Assembly: GCF_006345805.1 (NCBI RefSeq)
Contig: NW_021823620.1
Location: forward strand, 1-22,548
Reading direction: 5' to 3'
Source of the DNA: Octopus sinensis
Taxonomy: Eukaryota
Length of the DNA stretch: 22,548 nucleotides
Shown here: positions 22,283 to 22,548 of the stretch, one piece after another
Position numbering within the stretch: the stretch's first letter is position 1
Layout of the letters: each line of letters opens with the position of its first letter
Program-made: the position numbers and the translations under genes
Notes under the pieces: model-generated
Databases searched by the model: none
What the model saw: the letters and a program-made list of their open reading frames with translations, nothing else
Told to the model about the DNA's origin: nothing

Positions 22283-22548
22283 ACCATTTACCTCCAGCAT
22301 TTAGGCCTCATACCCTCGGACATACGAGAGTTATTAACCATTATACTTAGTAACACCTATTTCCAATATAACGCTGTGATTTGCAAACTGACTTCCAGGT
22401 TACCTATGGGATCTAGCCTTTCAGGCCTGCTATCCATCACTTACATGGATAAGCTAGAACGCACACCACTGAACACTTGCCGTTTATGCATCTTCTTCAG
22501 ATCCGTTGATGATATCTGTATCATCGCGTCCTCTAGGGAGAGGCCATT
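22283..22548 (+). pseudogene. Penelope-like element reverse transcriptase fragment (runs off window end)
   Basis: Stop-free frame TIYLQHLGLIPSDIRELLTIILSNTYFQYNAVICKLTSRLPMGSSLSGLLSITYMDKLERTPLNTCRLCIFFRSVDDICIIASSRERP. It matches the PLE RT motifs NxFxFnxxxYxQxxGxPMGSxxS...M..LE and RYVDD, here SVDD (22502-13). Absent from the ORF track. Confidence 0.88.

Noticed and set aside
1-22548. CRISPR array, rRNA or prokaryotic operon
   Set aside because: No repeat-spacer periodicity, rRNA motifs or gene-dense coding; the sequence is eukaryotic repeat DNA.

Overview
AT-rich, microsatellite-saturated eukaryotic non-coding DNA. The interspersed repeats resemble families I recall from Octopus/cephalopod genomes (inference, no search run). 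No intact host protein-coding gene is supported, and almost all ORF-track entries are translations of simple repeats. The window is a graveyard of mobile elements. It holds two CR1/L2-type LINE 3' fragments, an R4/Dong-type LINE fragment and a Penelope-like (PLE) reverse-transcriptase fragment running off the right end. It also holds a possible L1/Tx1-type ORF1 relic, several tRNA-derived SINEs, one apparently complete and one degraded non-autonomous Helitron, and a ~650 bp near-identical tandem duplication. The most interesting signal is a cluster of type I hammerhead-ribozyme (HHR) motifs of the PLE/retrozyme kind: four clear ones and three degraded ones. Three share a palindromic ACAGCTGT stem III. 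Two of these sit back-to-back in a ~580 bp inverted repeat about 530 bp upstream of the PLE RT fragment.
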